DNA from: Candidatus Nomurabacteria bacterium
GTDB taxonomy: Bacteria; Patescibacteriota; Minisyncoccia; Phycocordibacterales; UBA9973
Length of the DNA: 64,000 bases
Reading direction: 5' to 3'
Assembly (NCBI GenBank): GCA_020631955.1
Contig: JACKGL010000003.1
Location: forward strand, 72,059 to 136,058
Of this stretch, positions 1-9,949 are shown piece after piece. Below the pieces are notes generated by a model, which searched no databases, had not been told where the DNA came from, and saw only the letters and a list, made by a program, of their open reading frames with translations. Position 1 is the stretch's first letter, and every line of letters starts with the position of its first letter. A program made the translations under genes and the position numbers.

Positions 1-1
1 G

Positions 2-1510
2 CTAAAAGATATATTACAAAAGAAAGGTTATACTTTTACTTCTGACACTGATACAGAAGTTATACCACACCTTATAAACATGTATAAGGCTGAAGGTGTA
101 AATATAAAAGAAGCCATAATAAAAACAGTAAAATGTCTGACTGGAGCTTATGGACTAGCGGTGATAGATAAAGATGAAGAATGTTTGTATGCAGTGAAAA
201 ATGGTTCACCACTGGTGCTAGGTATAGGTGACGGCGAGATGTACATATCAAGTGATGAAATACCTCTTATAGGTAAGGTAGAAAATACTGTATTTTTATC
301 TGACGGAGATATAGCAGAGATAAGAGCTAGTGAATATCAAATATTTGATATCAATAATTTTATCGTTGAAAGAGAAGTAAATGAAATACAAAACGAAGCA
401 GAAAATATTTCTAAAGAAGGTTTTGCTTATTTTATGGAAAAAGAAATCTTCAATCAGCCTCAAAGTATAAAAGACAGTATGAGAGGTAGAATATCTAAAG
501 ATAACAATGAAATAATCTTCGGAGGTCTTATGGATCATTGGGGTAAAGTACAAAATGCTACTAGTATCAACTTTATAGCTTGTGGTACTTCTTATCACGC
601 TGGTATGGTGGCAGCTTATAATTTTGAAAATATAACAAGGGTATCTAGCAGAGCAGAATATGCATCAGAGTTTTTATATCGCCATCCAGTGATAGATAAA
701 AGTGGAATATACGTAGCTATATCTCAGTCTGGAGAAACCAAGGACTTACTATCTGCTATAGAATACATAAAAAAAGAAGGTGGAACAGTGATGGGACTCG
801 TGAATGTAGTCGGATCTTCTATATCTCGGATTACAGATTTTGGTATACATATTCACGCTGGACCAGAGATAGGAGTAGCTAGCACAAAAGCATTTACTAG
901 TCAGACACTTCTTTTGTCTATGCTTGCTATAAAGCTGGCTAAAGACAAAGGTACTTTAACCAAAGAAGAGTATATCGGAATAAAAAATGAAATACTTGAT
1001 ATACCAAGAAAAATACAAAAAGTACTTTCTTGCAATGACGATATTAAAAAACTAGCAGAAGAACATTCGGATAAAAACAACACTTTGTTTTTGGGTAGAG
1101 GAGTGGACTATCCTGTAGCACTCGAAGGAGCACTCAAACTAAAAGAAATAAGCTATGTCCATGCTGAAGGATATCCGGCCGCTGAGCTCAAGCACGGAGT
1201 AATAGCTCTAATAGATAAAGATATGCCTAGTATTGTATTGGCTACAAAAGGTACAAATATCAACAAAGTCCTAGGTAATGTCGAAGAAATCAATGCTAGA
1301 GGAGGTGAGATAGTTATGATTTCTGATGAAGATCAAGATGTATTCTCACATATTCCACACACTAGAATAAGTATTCCAAATACTCACCCAATACTTACAC
1401 CGATACTTTCTGCTATACCACTACAACTATACGCGTATCATAGTGTTGTGGTTAGAGGCAGAAATGTAGACCAGCCGAGAAACTTGGCCAAGAGCGTAAC
1501 AGTAGAATAG
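2..1510 (+). CDS. glmS: Glutamine--fructose-6-phosphate aminotransferase, 5' end outside window
   Basis: Frame is open from nt 2 (LKDILQKKGYTFTSDTDTEVIPHLIN) ahead of the listed ATG at 80. Tandem SIS motifs (CGTSYHAG, SQSGETKD) and family-typical C-terminus KSVTVE. Confidence 0.95.
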   Translation, partial: LKDILQKKGYTFTSDTDTEVIPHLINMYKAEGVNIKEAIIKTVKCLTGAYGLAVIDKDEECLYAVKNGSPLVLGIGDGEMYISSDEIPLIGKVENTVFLSDGDIAEIRASEYQIFDINNFIVEREVNEIQNEAENISKEGFAYFMEKEIFNQPQSIKDSMRGRISKDNNEIIFGGLMDHWGKVQNATSINFIACGTSYHAGMVAAYNFENITRVSSRAEYASEFLYRHPVIDKSGIYVAISQSGETKDLLSAIEYIKKEGGTVMGLVNVVGSSISRITDFGIHIHAGPEIGVASTKAFTSQTLLLSMLAIKLAKDKGTLTKEEYIGIKNEILDIPRKIQKVLSCNDDIKKLAEEHSDKNNTLFLGRGVDYPVALEGALKLKEISYVHAEGYPAAELKHGVIALIDKDMPSIVLATKGTNINKVLGNVEEINARGGEIVMISDEDQDVFSHIPHTRISIPNTHPILTPILSAIPLQLYAYHSVVVRGRNVDQPRNLAKSVTVE

Positions 1511-2242
1511 TTAGTCGGTACTACCTAAATAATGTCTTAGTGTGTACACCCAATCTTCTTCGTTTTGGTCACTATTTTGTTTTTGTTCTAAAAGCCAAGA
1601 CAAATACCCAGGATCTGTTTTTGCTATTTCTTCTACTTTTTGACCATTGTATTTACCAAACTTAAAAGTTTTTATGAGTGAAGGAGTGCTAGAAATCTCG
1701 AGCATTTTTTCTATGGCTTTTTCTTCACCACCCTCTGTTTCGATGAACTTAGTGAGTATTCTTTCATACAACTTTTCCAAAACTATAACATCACCCATAG
1801 CATCGTGAGCTACTACATTTTCTGGTATAGAAAGATCTAAAAGATATCTTAAGTACTGTAGTCTGTATGATTCTATTTTTTCATCCTTATCTAAGTACCT
1901 AGAAAGTTTGAGTGTGCATATGATATTTGTCGGATTGATCTTTTCTTTCTTTAGCATATCTACATCAAAGACAGCGTTGTGTGCTACACAAAGATTTTCT
2001 TCAGATTCAAATAGATCTTTTGCTTTTTTATAAGTATCAGAATCTTGAAATAGGGGTTTATCCTCGACCATTTTGTTGGTTATGTGGTGTACTGCCATAG
2101 AAGCTACCCCTATCTCTACTCTTGGTTTGTATAGTTCATTTATTATGGGGGCATCTATACCAGATTCTTTTATTGCTAGCTGACAGAGGTAATCCGCCTC
2201 TGTATTACCTGTTGTTTCTGTGTCAAAAAAATAAGTTTTCAT
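1511..2242 (-). CDS. DEDDh 3'-5' exonuclease (DnaQ/epsilon-like) with DUF3820-like C-terminal tail
   Basis: Exo motifs FFDTETTG, HNAVFDVDML, HDAMGDV. Tail FGKYNGQKVEEIAKTDPGYLSWLL. Confidence 0.8.
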   Translation of the reverse strand: MKTYFFDTETTGNTEADYLCQLAIKESGIDAPIINELYKPRVEIGVASMAVHHITNKMVEDKPLFQDSDTYKKAKDLFESEENLCVAHNAVFDVDMLKKEKINPTNIICTLKLSRYLDKDEKIESYRLQYLRYLLDLSIPENVVAHDAMGDVIVLEKLYERILTKFIETEGGEEKAIEKMLEISSTPSLIKTFKFGKYNGQKVEEIAKTDPGYLSWLLEQKQNSDQNEEDWVYTLRHYLGSTD

Positions 2243-2251
2243 GATAGTGAT

Positions 2252-2260
2252 ATTTTAGCA
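2252..2260 (-). promoter_or_regulatory. Extended -10 element TGcTAAAAT, 9 nt upstream of the exonuclease ATG
   Basis: Read on the minus strand in the 40-nt divergent region. Confidence 0.4.
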
Positions 2261-2266
2261 CACTCG

Positions 2267-2275
2267 TGATAATAT
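2267..2275 (+). promoter_or_regulatory. Extended -10 element TGaTAATAT, 7 nt upstream of the yqeY-like ATG
   Basis: Read on the plus strand. Confidence 0.4.
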
Positions 2276-2282
2276 ATAAGGT

Positions 2283-2735
2283 ATGAGTTTACAAAATGAT
2301 ATAAAAGAGCAGATAAAACAAGCTCTTATGGCAAAGGACCAAACAAGACTCTCTACTGTAAGAGGGATATCTTCTGCTATCACGAATACACTCGTAGCTA
2401 AAGGTAAAACACCTCAAGATGAGCTCAGTGATGAGGAAGTCCTAGAAGTGATAACCAAGCTTGCTAAGCAAAGAAAAGATTCTATAAGTCAGTTTGAAGC
2501 TGGAGGAAGGACAGATCTTGTAGAGTCTGAAAAAGCAGAGCTTGCAGTCCTGAAAGAGTTTTTGCCAGAAGAAATGTCAGAAGATGCTATCAAAGAAGTG
2601 ATAGAAAAATATAAGTCAGATTTGGGTATAGATGACCCTTCCAAAAAAGGCATGCTTTTAGGTGTAGTAATGAAAGAGCTAAAAGGCAAAGCTGATGGAA
2701 ACGTTGTTAAAAGTTTAGTAGATAATTTATTTTAA
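2283..2735 (+). CDS. GatB/YqeY domain protein
   Basis: 150 aa. IKQALMAKDQTRLSTVR start and GVVMKELKGKADG end are typical of the YqeY family. Confidence 0.8.
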   Translation: MSLQNDIKEQIKQALMAKDQTRLSTVRGISSAITNTLVAKGKTPQDELSDEEVLEVITKLAKQRKDSISQFEAGGRTDLVESEKAELAVLKEFLPEEMSEDAIKEVIEKYKSDLGIDDPSKKGMLLGVVMKELKGKADGNVVKSLVDNLF

Positions 2736-2739
2736 TCTT

Positions 2740-3084
2740 ATGTCTATAATAGTAAAATGGATAGTTATAGTTTTAGCATTATTAGCTATACCTTATTTTG
2801 TGGGAGGTGTGACCGTTACCAGCTTTGGTGTCGCTGTAGTGGCTGGTGCTGTACTAGTATTTATCGACCTTATCATAAAGCCAATAGTAAAAATACTTAC
2901 TCTGCCTATCAACATAATAACACTGGGACTTTTTTCACTTGTAGTTAACGCTATATTTTTCTATTTTGTTGGAGATATAGTCAGTGGTTTTGAGGTAGCT
3001 AGTTTTCAAGCTGCTTTCTGGGGAGCTCTTATAGTTTCTGTAGTGTCTTGGTTCGCAGGGAAGATTAGTCATCATAACGATTAG
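2740..3084 (+). CDS. Four-TM membrane protein of the DUF360 / phage-holin-family-4 type
   Basis: 114 aa, entirely hydrophobic helices. LPINIITLGLFSLVVNA pattern resembles YvlD-like proteins. Confidence 0.6.
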   Translation: MSIIVKWIVIVLALLAIPYFVGGVTVTSFGVAVVAGAVLVFIDLIIKPIVKILTLPINIITLGLFSLVVNAIFFYFVGDIVSGFEVASFQAAFWGALIVSVVSWFAGKISHHND

Positions 3085-3093
3085 GTATTTGAA

Positions 3094-3966
3094 ATGAAAA
3101 CAATAGTCACACATAGTGGATCTTTCCACACTGATGATGTATTTGCTTGCGCAGTATTGCTGTCACTTTATCCTGAAGCTACATTTATCAGAACAAGAGA
3201 AAAAGATATCGTAGATAAAGCTGATATTGTTTTTGATGTGGGCGGACAGTATGATCCAAAAACAAATAGATATGATCATCATCAAAAAGAAGGTGCTGGG
3301 CAAAGAGATAGCGGTGTGCCTTATGCTGCTTTTGGTCTTATATGGAAACACTTCGGTATGGAACTTTGTGGTGATGAAAGAGTGTGGCAAAGACTAGACT
3401 CTTCTTTAGTCTCACAAATAGATGCTACAGACAACGGAATGGATTTTGGTACAAATAAGAATCTCATATTAGTAGAGGACGCATTTATGGTCTTCTCTAA
3501 AAGTTGGCTAGAAGATAAAGAAGAAGAAGATTTTTTTGTACCTGTAAAAAAAGCACAGGAATATTTGCTGCGTAAAATTAAAGTTATGAAAGACGATATT
3601 AGTGCGGAAGATATTCTTATGAAGATCTATAACGATTCTGCAGATAGAAGAGTATTAGAAATACCAGAAGGTCTTCCGAGATATATATATCAGGGAGTTT
3701 TTTCTAGACTAGAAGATGTGCTGTTTGTTGTATATAAAAGTAGTAACTCAGGTGCTTATAAAGCGGAAGCTATAAGAAAAGATGAAACAACAATGGAGAG
3801 TAGAAAAAAGTTTCCACAAGAATGGTGGGGTATACTCGACGACAAAGATGAAAGGATAAAAGACCTTGATCTAAAAGGGCTGTTGTTTTGTCATAGAGGA
3901 GGTTTTTTAATAAGTGCTGACACAAAAGAAAATGTTGAGAGTTTAGTAAAAAGAGCTTTAGAATAG
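3094..3966 (+). CDS. MYG1 (UPF0160) family metal-dependent hydrolase
   Basis: N-terminal THSGSFHTDDVFA and YDHHQ motifs; about 290 aa as in MYG1 homologs. Confidence 0.8.
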   Translation: MKTIVTHSGSFHTDDVFACAVLLSLYPEATFIRTREKDIVDKADIVFDVGGQYDPKTNRYDHHQKEGAGQRDSGVPYAAFGLIWKHFGMELCGDERVWQRLDSSLVSQIDATDNGMDFGTNKNLILVEDAFMVFSKSWLEDKEEEDFFVPVKKAQEYLLRKIKVMKDDISAEDILMKIYNDSADRRVLEIPEGLPRYIYQGVFSRLEDVLFVVYKSSNSGAYKAEAIRKDETTMESRKKFPQEWWGILDDKDERIKDLDLKGLLFCHRGGFLISADTKENVESLVKRALE

Positions 3967-3968
3967 TT

Positions 3969-4949
3969 ATGAGATTTGTTGATGAAATAAAGCTAAATAT
4001 AAAAGCCGGAGATGGAGGAGACGGAGTAGTAAGATGGAGAAGAGAAAAATTTATTCCTAGAGGAGGTCCTGCTGGAGGAGACGGAGGAAAAGGTGGGGAT
4101 GTTTTTATAGTGGGAGTACGTAATCCTTTTTTATTATCAAAATACAAAGTTGAGGATGAATATAAAGCAGGTGACGGAGACTCTGGAAAGGAACGAAAAA
4201 AACACGGTAAAGATGGAAAAGATCTTATTTTAGAAGTACCAGTAGGTTCTGTTGTGACAAATACAGACATGGATCTTTCGTGGTCTGTAGAAGAAGAAGG
4301 ACAGAAAATACTTATATTGCACGGAGGACAAGGTGGTTTGGGTAATGATCATTTTAAGTCTGGGGCCAATACCACACCTAAAGAATCTACCCCTGGCAAA
4401 AAAGGTGAACATGGAAACTTTCACGTAGAAGTGACACTTCTGGCTGATGTAGGTCTTATAGGATACCCAAATGCAGGAAAGAGCTCGCTTTTAAACGCTC
4501 TTACAAACGCTAGAGCTAAGACCGCCGAATATGCTTTTACTACTCTAGAACCAAATTTAGCTGACTTTTATGGTTTTATAATAGCTGATATACCAGGGTT
4601 GATAGAAGGTGCCAGTGAAGGTAAGGGACTTGGAAGTAAATTTTTAAGACACATAAAAAGAACCAAACTATTGATACATCTAGTATCTTGTGAAAATGGT
4701 ATAAAAATAAATAAAGCTTACGAAGAAATTCGTAATGAGTTAGAGTCGTTTGGGCACGGCTTGTCTGATAAAGAAGAAATAATTTTGCTAACAAAAACAG
4801 ATGTTTTACCAGATAAAGATTCTTTGGAAAAACTTGAAAAATCTATTTCAAAATACAAAAAACCAGTTTATTCTATATCACTTTTTGATGATAAAAGTGT
4901 TAAGGATTTTATGGATATTTTGGCTAAAAAGCTCAAAGGATCTATATAG
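3969..4949 (+). CDS. obg: GTPase Obg
   Basis: Gly-rich Obg fold (FVDEIKLNIKAGDGGDG). G1 GYPNAGKSS, G3 DIPGLIEGA, G4 TKTD. Confidence 0.93.
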   Translation: MRFVDEIKLNIKAGDGGDGVVRWRREKFIPRGGPAGGDGGKGGDVFIVGVRNPFLLSKYKVEDEYKAGDGDSGKERKKHGKDGKDLILEVPVGSVVTNTDMDLSWSVEEEGQKILILHGGQGGLGNDHFKSGANTTPKESTPGKKGEHGNFHVEVTLLADVGLIGYPNAGKSSLLNALTNARAKTAEYAFTTLEPNLADFYGFIIADIPGLIEGASEGKGLGSKFLRHIKRTKLLIHLVSCENGIKINKAYEEIRNELESFGHGLSDKEEIILLTKTDVLPDKDSLEKLEKSISKYKKPVYSISLFDDKSVKDFMDILAKKLKGSI

Positions 4950-4965
4950 ATAATAATTATTTTTC

Positions 4966-4974
4966 TGATATACT
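4966..4974 (+). promoter_or_regulatory. Extended -10 element TGaTATACT, 7 nt upstream of the gatB ATG
   Basis: Read on the plus strand; no SD in catatat. Confidence 0.4.
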
Positions 4975-4981
4975 CATATAT

Positions 4982-6415
4982 ATGAAATTTTATCCTACAA
5001 TAGGAATAGAAGTGCATGCTGAGATGGCTACAAAGAGTAAAATGTTTTGCTCATGTAAAAATGATCCCCATGAAAAGACTCCCAATACCAATATCTGTCC
5101 TATATGTATGGCTCATCCTGGAGCTTTACCTGTACCAAACAAAGAAGCTATTTTAAATATAGTGAAGGTTGGGCTTGCTTTTGAAGGAGCCACTATCTCA
5201 GAAGATTTTAGTGAATTCGACAGAAAAAATTATTTTTATCCAGATATACCGAAAGGTTATCAGATAAGTCAGTATAAATTTCCTTTTGTTGTAGGAGGTG
5301 AGTTTGCTGGTTTTTCAATAACCAGAGTTCATCTAGAAGAAGATACTGCTACGTCTAAACATGACAGAGGAGACTATAGTTTGATAGATTTCAATAGAGC
5401 CGGAGTGCCGCTGATGGAACTTGTTACAGAGGCAAACACATATGAGGATTTCCAAGAAGCAGCTAGTGCTACATCATATTTTGCAAGAGAGCTTCAGCTT
5501 TTACTTCGATATCTGGGTGTATCAAATGCAAACATGGAAAAAGGTGAGATGAGAGTCGAAGCAAATATCTCTGTTTCTCCAGATAAAGATAAATGGGGTA
5601 CTAAAGTAGAAGTAAAAAATCTCAACTCATTTAAGAGCGTAGAAAAAGCTATACTTTTCGAATTGGAAAGAATGAAAAAAATGTATGAAGAGGGTACAGA
5701 AGGTAATATAGTGCAAGAAACTCGTGGGTGGGATGAAAACAAACAAAGTACATTTTCACAGAGATCCAAAGAAAATGCCCAGGATTATAGATACTTTCCG
5801 GATCCGGATCTACCAAAAATGAGACTTAAAGATGTCTTTGACATGAAAGATATAAAGTCCACTCTTACAGAAACGCCAGATCAAAAGAGAAATAGGTTTA
5901 AAGAAGTGTATGGTATAAAAGATGAAGATATAGAGAGCTATATATATGATCTTGATTTATGTAGTTTTTTTGAAGACACATGTAATTTGTTAGACAAAAA
6001 AGAAGAATATAAGATAGCTTCAAATCTAATAACTTCAGATTTTGCTGGTATTCGGAAATCTAACCCAGAAGCTAAAATACCAAATAAAGATAATTTTGCT
6101 GAATTGGTAAAAATGTTTTATGAAGACAAGATAACATCTAGGGTGGCAAAAGATATATTGGCTATTATGACCAAAGAAGATATTTCTCCTTTGGATTATG
6201 CTAAAGATAATAATTTATTACAAAGCAATAACCAAGAAGAGCTTATACCTATAATAGAAAAAATAATTATTGAAAATACTCAAGTGGTAGAATCTTACAA
6301 GAGTGGTAAGGAAAACGCCATCATGGCTTTAGTAGGGCAAGTAATGAAGGCTACTAATGGTAAGGCCAACCCTAAAATAGCACTGGAGTTACTTAAAGAA
6401 TATGCTTCCAAATAA
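4982..6415 (+). CDS. gatB: Aspartyl/glutamyl-tRNA amidotransferase subunit B
   Basis: IGIEVHAEM, CPICMAHPGALP, and C-terminal YqeY-like domain. 477 aa. Confidence 0.95.
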   Translation: MKFYPTIGIEVHAEMATKSKMFCSCKNDPHEKTPNTNICPICMAHPGALPVPNKEAILNIVKVGLAFEGATISEDFSEFDRKNYFYPDIPKGYQISQYKFPFVVGGEFAGFSITRVHLEEDTATSKHDRGDYSLIDFNRAGVPLMELVTEANTYEDFQEAASATSYFARELQLLLRYLGVSNANMEKGEMRVEANISVSPDKDKWGTKVEVKNLNSFKSVEKAILFELERMKKMYEEGTEGNIVQETRGWDENKQSTFSQRSKENAQDYRYFPDPDLPKMRLKDVFDMKDIKSTLTETPDQKRNRFKEVYGIKDEDIESYIYDLDLCSFFEDTCNLLDKKEEYKIASNLITSDFAGIRKSNPEAKIPNKDNFAELVKMFYEDKITSRVAKDILAIMTKEDISPLDYAKDNNLLQSNNQEELIPIIEKIIIENTQVVESYKSGKENAIMALVGQVMKATNGKANPKIALELLKEYASK

Positions 6416-6419
6416 TAAA

Positions 6420-6965
6420 ATGTATATTTTTACACAAATAAAAAATTTTTTTCAAAAGTGGATAAACAAAGGTAAGGCTCTTTATGTGAAAATCACATCT
6501 CATCCATTGTTTCAAATACACAAACCGATCATATATGCTTTTGGTATAGTATTTATATGTGCTGTCATCTTATCTTTGTTGACGAAGATTGGCTTTTTCC
6601 AATACTTTGTAGCATTTTATTTACTACTTTTTGGAGCATTGGAAATAAGAGATATAAAAGATTTTAAAAAAGTATTTGAAAGATATGACCCTCTTTCTTA
6701 TTGGTTCCCTTGGTATTCTGGGCTTTATCCTTATATATCTATATTTTTTGCTCTTATGCTCATTTTGGACTATTTTGCCTTCATTGCACTTGTTTTTATA
6801 ATAATCATGTTTAGTACTCAAGCTTATGGAATATGGAAAATAATGAAAAAAGAACCTCAAATACCCCATATAAACATGGGTCCGAAGTACAAAATGCCAC
6901 TTTCTAAGCTGATTTTACTAGAATCAGGAATTATTGTTTTATTTTCTCTTTTAATTTTGTTTTAG
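6420..6965 (+). CDS. Hypothetical polytopic membrane protein
   Basis: Four to five hydrophobic helices. The ORF track starts at 6402 inside gatB; the ATG at 6420 lies just past the gatB stop, so the start is uncertain. Confidence 0.5.
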   Translation: MYIFTQIKNFFQKWINKGKALYVKITSHPLFQIHKPIIYAFGIVFICAVILSLLTKIGFFQYFVAFYLLLFGALEIRDIKDFKKVFERYDPLSYWFPWYSGLYPYISIFFALMLILDYFAFIALVFIIIMFSTQAYGIWKIMKKEPQIPHINMGPKYKMPLSKLILLESGIIVLFSLLILF

Positions 6966-6974
6966 TGCTAGAAT

Positions 6975-6983
6975 TGGTATAAT
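6975..6983 (+). promoter_or_regulatory. Extended -10 element TGgTATAAT, 6 nt upstream of the ATG at 6990
   Basis: Read on the plus strand. Confidence 0.45.
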
Positions 6984-6989
6984 TTTAGT

Positions 6990-7484
6990 ATGAAAAAGAA
7001 TTTAACTTTTATTATATTGTCAGTCCTTATTATAGGGTCTTTATTTTATTTAGGTAAATTAAATGATGAAAAAGAGTTGGTAGATTTATCGGAATCTGAT
7101 AGTACTTTAGCTGCTAATACATGTGTAGTGCACCAGGATTTAGGTATGCACATACATCCTGTAATTAAAATAAACATATTAGGTGCATATCAGGATATTC
7201 CTAAAAATATAGGTATAGATAGTACTTGTATGAAAGCTATACACACTCATGATGAACCTGGGGTAATACATATAGAATATCCTGTTGTAAAAGATTTTTA
7301 CTTAAAAGATTTCTTTTCAGTGTGGGGGGTGGACTTTAATAAAGATCAGATTTTAGATTACAAAGTTGATGATAATACTGAAATAATAATTACTGTAAAT
7401 GGGGTAGAGGTGGATACTTTTGAGAATACTTTATTAAAAGATAAGGATATCATCGAAATTATTTTTAGAAATAAAGAGATGTAG
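6990..7484 (+). CDS. Membrane-anchored hypothetical protein with His-rich putative metal site
   Basis: N-terminal signal anchor, then MHIHP ... CMKAIHTHDEPGVIHIE. TGgTATAAT lies 6 nt upstream of the ATG. Confidence 0.55.
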   Translation: MKKNLTFIILSVLIIGSLFYLGKLNDEKELVDLSESDSTLAANTCVVHQDLGMHIHPVIKINILGAYQDIPKNIGIDSTCMKAIHTHDEPGVIHIEYPVVKDFYLKDFFSVWGVDFNKDQILDYKVDDNTEIIITVNGVEVDTFENTLLKDKDIIEIIFRNKEM

Positions 7485-7505
7485 TTATTTATTAAATTTA
7501 AAAAA

Positions 7506-8531
7506 ATGTCAAAAAAATACAAAGTAGCAATAAATGGTTTTGGTCGAATAGGTAGAGCATTCTTCAAACTATCTTGGGATAGACCAGAAATAGAAGTAGT
7601 AGCTATCAACGATCTTGGATCTATAGATTCACTTACTTATTTACTAAAATATGACACTGTGTACCGTACTTGGGGGCACGATGTTTCTAATGACGGAGAA
7701 AATATAATCGTAGATGGAAGAAAGGTAAAATTCATTTCTAGTAAAGATCCAGCGGGACTACCTTGGGGGGATTTGGATATAGATGTGGTAGTAGAATCCA
7801 CAGGACTTTTCACTTCTTATGAAAAATCAAAATTCCATTTAGATCAAGGAGCAAAGAGGGTTGTGATAAGCGCACCTTCAAAAGACGGAGAAGGCGAACA
7901 AAAATCTGAAACCATACTAATGGGAGTAAATGAAGAAAAATTTGGAACATGTGATATCACCAGCAACGCTTCTTGTACCACAAATGCATCTAGCCCACTT
8001 ATTGCCATACTTCACGAAACAGTAGGTATAGAAAAAGCTCTGTTAAATACAGTGCATGGATATACTGCATCCCAAGCTCTTGTTGATGGGCCAAGTAAGA
8101 AAGATCTGCGAGAAGGTCGCGCTGCGGCACAAAACATAGTACCTAGTAGTACAGGTGCCGCTATCGCTGTAACAAAAGCATTTACAGAACTTACTGGAAA
8201 GTTTGACGGTATATCTACACGCGTGCCAGTACCAGCTGGGTCTATAGTAGACATAACGTTTTTAGCAAAAAGAGATACTAGCGCAGAAGAAATAAACCAG
8301 ATATTAAAAGACGCTGCTACAACAGACAGGTGGTCTAGAATATTTTCTGTGACAGAAGAACCTCTTGTTTCTAGTGATATATTAGGCAGGACTCATGCAT
8401 CTATTGCAGACTTAGCTATGACAAGAGTTGTAGATGGTAATCTTGTAAAAGTGATGGGTTGGTATGATAATGAAATGGGTTATACAGCGACACTTGTCGA
8501 CCATGTAGTAAAAACAGGAGAGACTATTTAA
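7506..8531 (+). CDS. gap: Type I glyceraldehyde-3-phosphate dehydrogenase
   Basis: NGFGRIGR NAD-binding motif and SNASCTTN catalytic Cys motif. 341 aa. Confidence 0.96.
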   Translation: MSKKYKVAINGFGRIGRAFFKLSWDRPEIEVVAINDLGSIDSLTYLLKYDTVYRTWGHDVSNDGENIIVDGRKVKFISSKDPAGLPWGDLDIDVVVESTGLFTSYEKSKFHLDQGAKRVVISAPSKDGEGEQKSETILMGVNEEKFGTCDITSNASCTTNASSPLIAILHETVGIEKALLNTVHGYTASQALVDGPSKKDLREGRAAAQNIVPSSTGAAIAVTKAFTELTGKFDGISTRVPVPAGSIVDITFLAKRDTSAEEINQILKDAATTDRWSRIFSVTEEPLVSSDILGRTHASIADLAMTRVVDGNLVKVMGWYDNEMGYTATLVDHVVKTGETI

Positions 8532-8552
8532 TTAATAACTAAGTAATAAAAA

Positions 8553-9155
8553 ATGAAAAAAATAATTATTTTAATTTTAATATTGGTTGTTGTGGGTATT
8601 GTAGCTGTTTTTGCTTTTAGCCCAAAGCCAGATGAAAATATTCCCACTGTACAGATAGACGAAAATATTTCTACTGATGAAAATATGCAATCATCAGATA
8701 CACAAAATGAGTCAGACACAAGTCTTTCTCTAAGAGGTAGAAGATATAATGCAAGTATATCTTTTAAAGGCTTTGGTCCAGGTAAAGAACATGAAGGAAG
8801 TATAAAGACTGTTACTAGTACATTTGCTACAGATGAAAGTATGGTATTTTCTGGAGAAATAATAGCTGACATGAACACTATAAGCACTGAAATAGATCTA
8901 CTCACCAACGACCTAAAGTCTGAAAGATTTTTTGACACATCTACATATTCTGAAGCTAAGTTTGTTGTTGTTTCCAATACTGAGTCTGATGTGACTGGGG
9001 ATATGACTATACATGGAGTGACTAAAAGAATAACAGTACCTTATACTACTACTAAAGAAGGATTTTCATCTACTTTCAATATAGATATGAAGGATTTTGG
9101 TATCAATCAAACTCTTGCAAATGAAGTTATAGAATTAACAATAAATCTAAATTAA
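8553..9155 (+). CDS. YceI-like secreted or lipid-binding protein
   Basis: Signal anchor plus SERFFDTSTYSEAKF and GDMTIHGVTKRITVP, typical YceI motifs. Confidence 0.75.
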   Translation: MKKIIILILILVVVGIVAVFAFSPKPDENIPTVQIDENISTDENMQSSDTQNESDTSLSLRGRRYNASISFKGFGPGKEHEGSIKTVTSTFATDESMVFSGEIIADMNTISTEIDLLTNDLKSERFFDTSTYSEAKFVVVSNTESDVTGDMTIHGVTKRITVPYTTTKEGFSSTFNIDMKDFGINQTLANEVIELTINLN

Positions 9156-9159
9156 GCTT

Positions 9160-9462
9160 ATGTTTGATGGTATCGGTAAAATGTTCAATAAGGGTATAGA
9201 ATCTAGTGCTGGAGGTGATAGTGCTCCTAAAAAAGAAAAACACCAAGGTCCTGTAGACTACACTGAAAATTATGCACTTTTAGAGTGTGAGACATCTGAT
9301 GGAAGACACTTTACAGTGAAGTCTTATGTGGACCCTGTCACTTTATATGATGTGGATAAAGTAACTCCTTCGGAATATGAAAGATATTTTAGAACGGGAG
9401 AGTATAAAGAGGTAAGTAAAACGATACATCCTTTTAATAAAGAAGAAAATGGACAAGAATAA
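9160..9462 (+). CDS. Hypothetical protein
   Basis: 100-aa ORF, 4 nt after the yceI-like gene and overlapping rpiB by 14 nt. No motif recognised. Confidence 0.45.
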   Translation: MFDGIGKMFNKGIESSAGGDSAPKKEKHQGPVDYTENYALLECETSDGRHFTVKSYVDPVTLYDVDKVTPSEYERYFRTGEYKEVSKTIHPFNKEENGQE

Positions 9463-9949
9463 TATAAAAATTTATTTATCTACCGACCACGCTGGTTTTG
9501 ACTTGTGTCACTTTGTTGTAGATTCATTAAAAAATGATGGCTATGACATAGAATATCTCGGTCCTGATGTTATAAATACAGAAGACGACTATCCTTTGTT
9601 TATAAAGAAGACTGCAGATCAAGTGTCTGCCAATACAGACTCCATGGGTATAGTGTTCGGAGGGTCTGGCACAGGTGAAGCCATAGTAGCAAACAAAACA
9701 AAAGGTGTAAGATGTGCCCTTTATTATGGTAGAGCTCATGCGGTAGGAGCTGTAGACGCTGAAGGTAACGAGTCTCATAGTCCTTACGAAATAGTCAAAC
9801 TTGCGAGGTTGCATAATGACGCAAACATGTTGTCTATAGGTGCTAGATTTGTTTCCAAAGATGAAGCTGTAGAAGTAATAAAATTATTTTTAGAAACAGA
9901 ATTTGAAAATAAAGAAAGACACGTTAGAAGGATAAGCGAGATAGAGTAA
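9449..9949 (+). CDS. rpiB: Ribose-5-phosphate isomerase B
   Basis: RpiB/LacAB motifs STDHAGF and GGSGTGEAIVANK. Confidence 0.88.
   Translation: MDKNNIKIYLSTDHAGFDLCHFVVDSLKNDGYDIEYLGPDVINTEDDYPLFIKKTADQVSANTDSMGIVFGGSGTGEAIVANKTKGVRCALYYGRAHAVGAVDAEGNESHSPYEIVKLARLHNDANMLSIGARFVSKDEAVEVIKLFLETEFENKERHVRRISEIE

Noticed and set aside
2255-2263. TTAGCACAC, which resembles the CIRCE left half-site TTAGCACTC.
   Set aside because: No inverted partner (GAGTGCTAA) within 30 nt. It is not upstream of chaperone genes, and it overlaps the TGcTAAAAT box read on the other strand.
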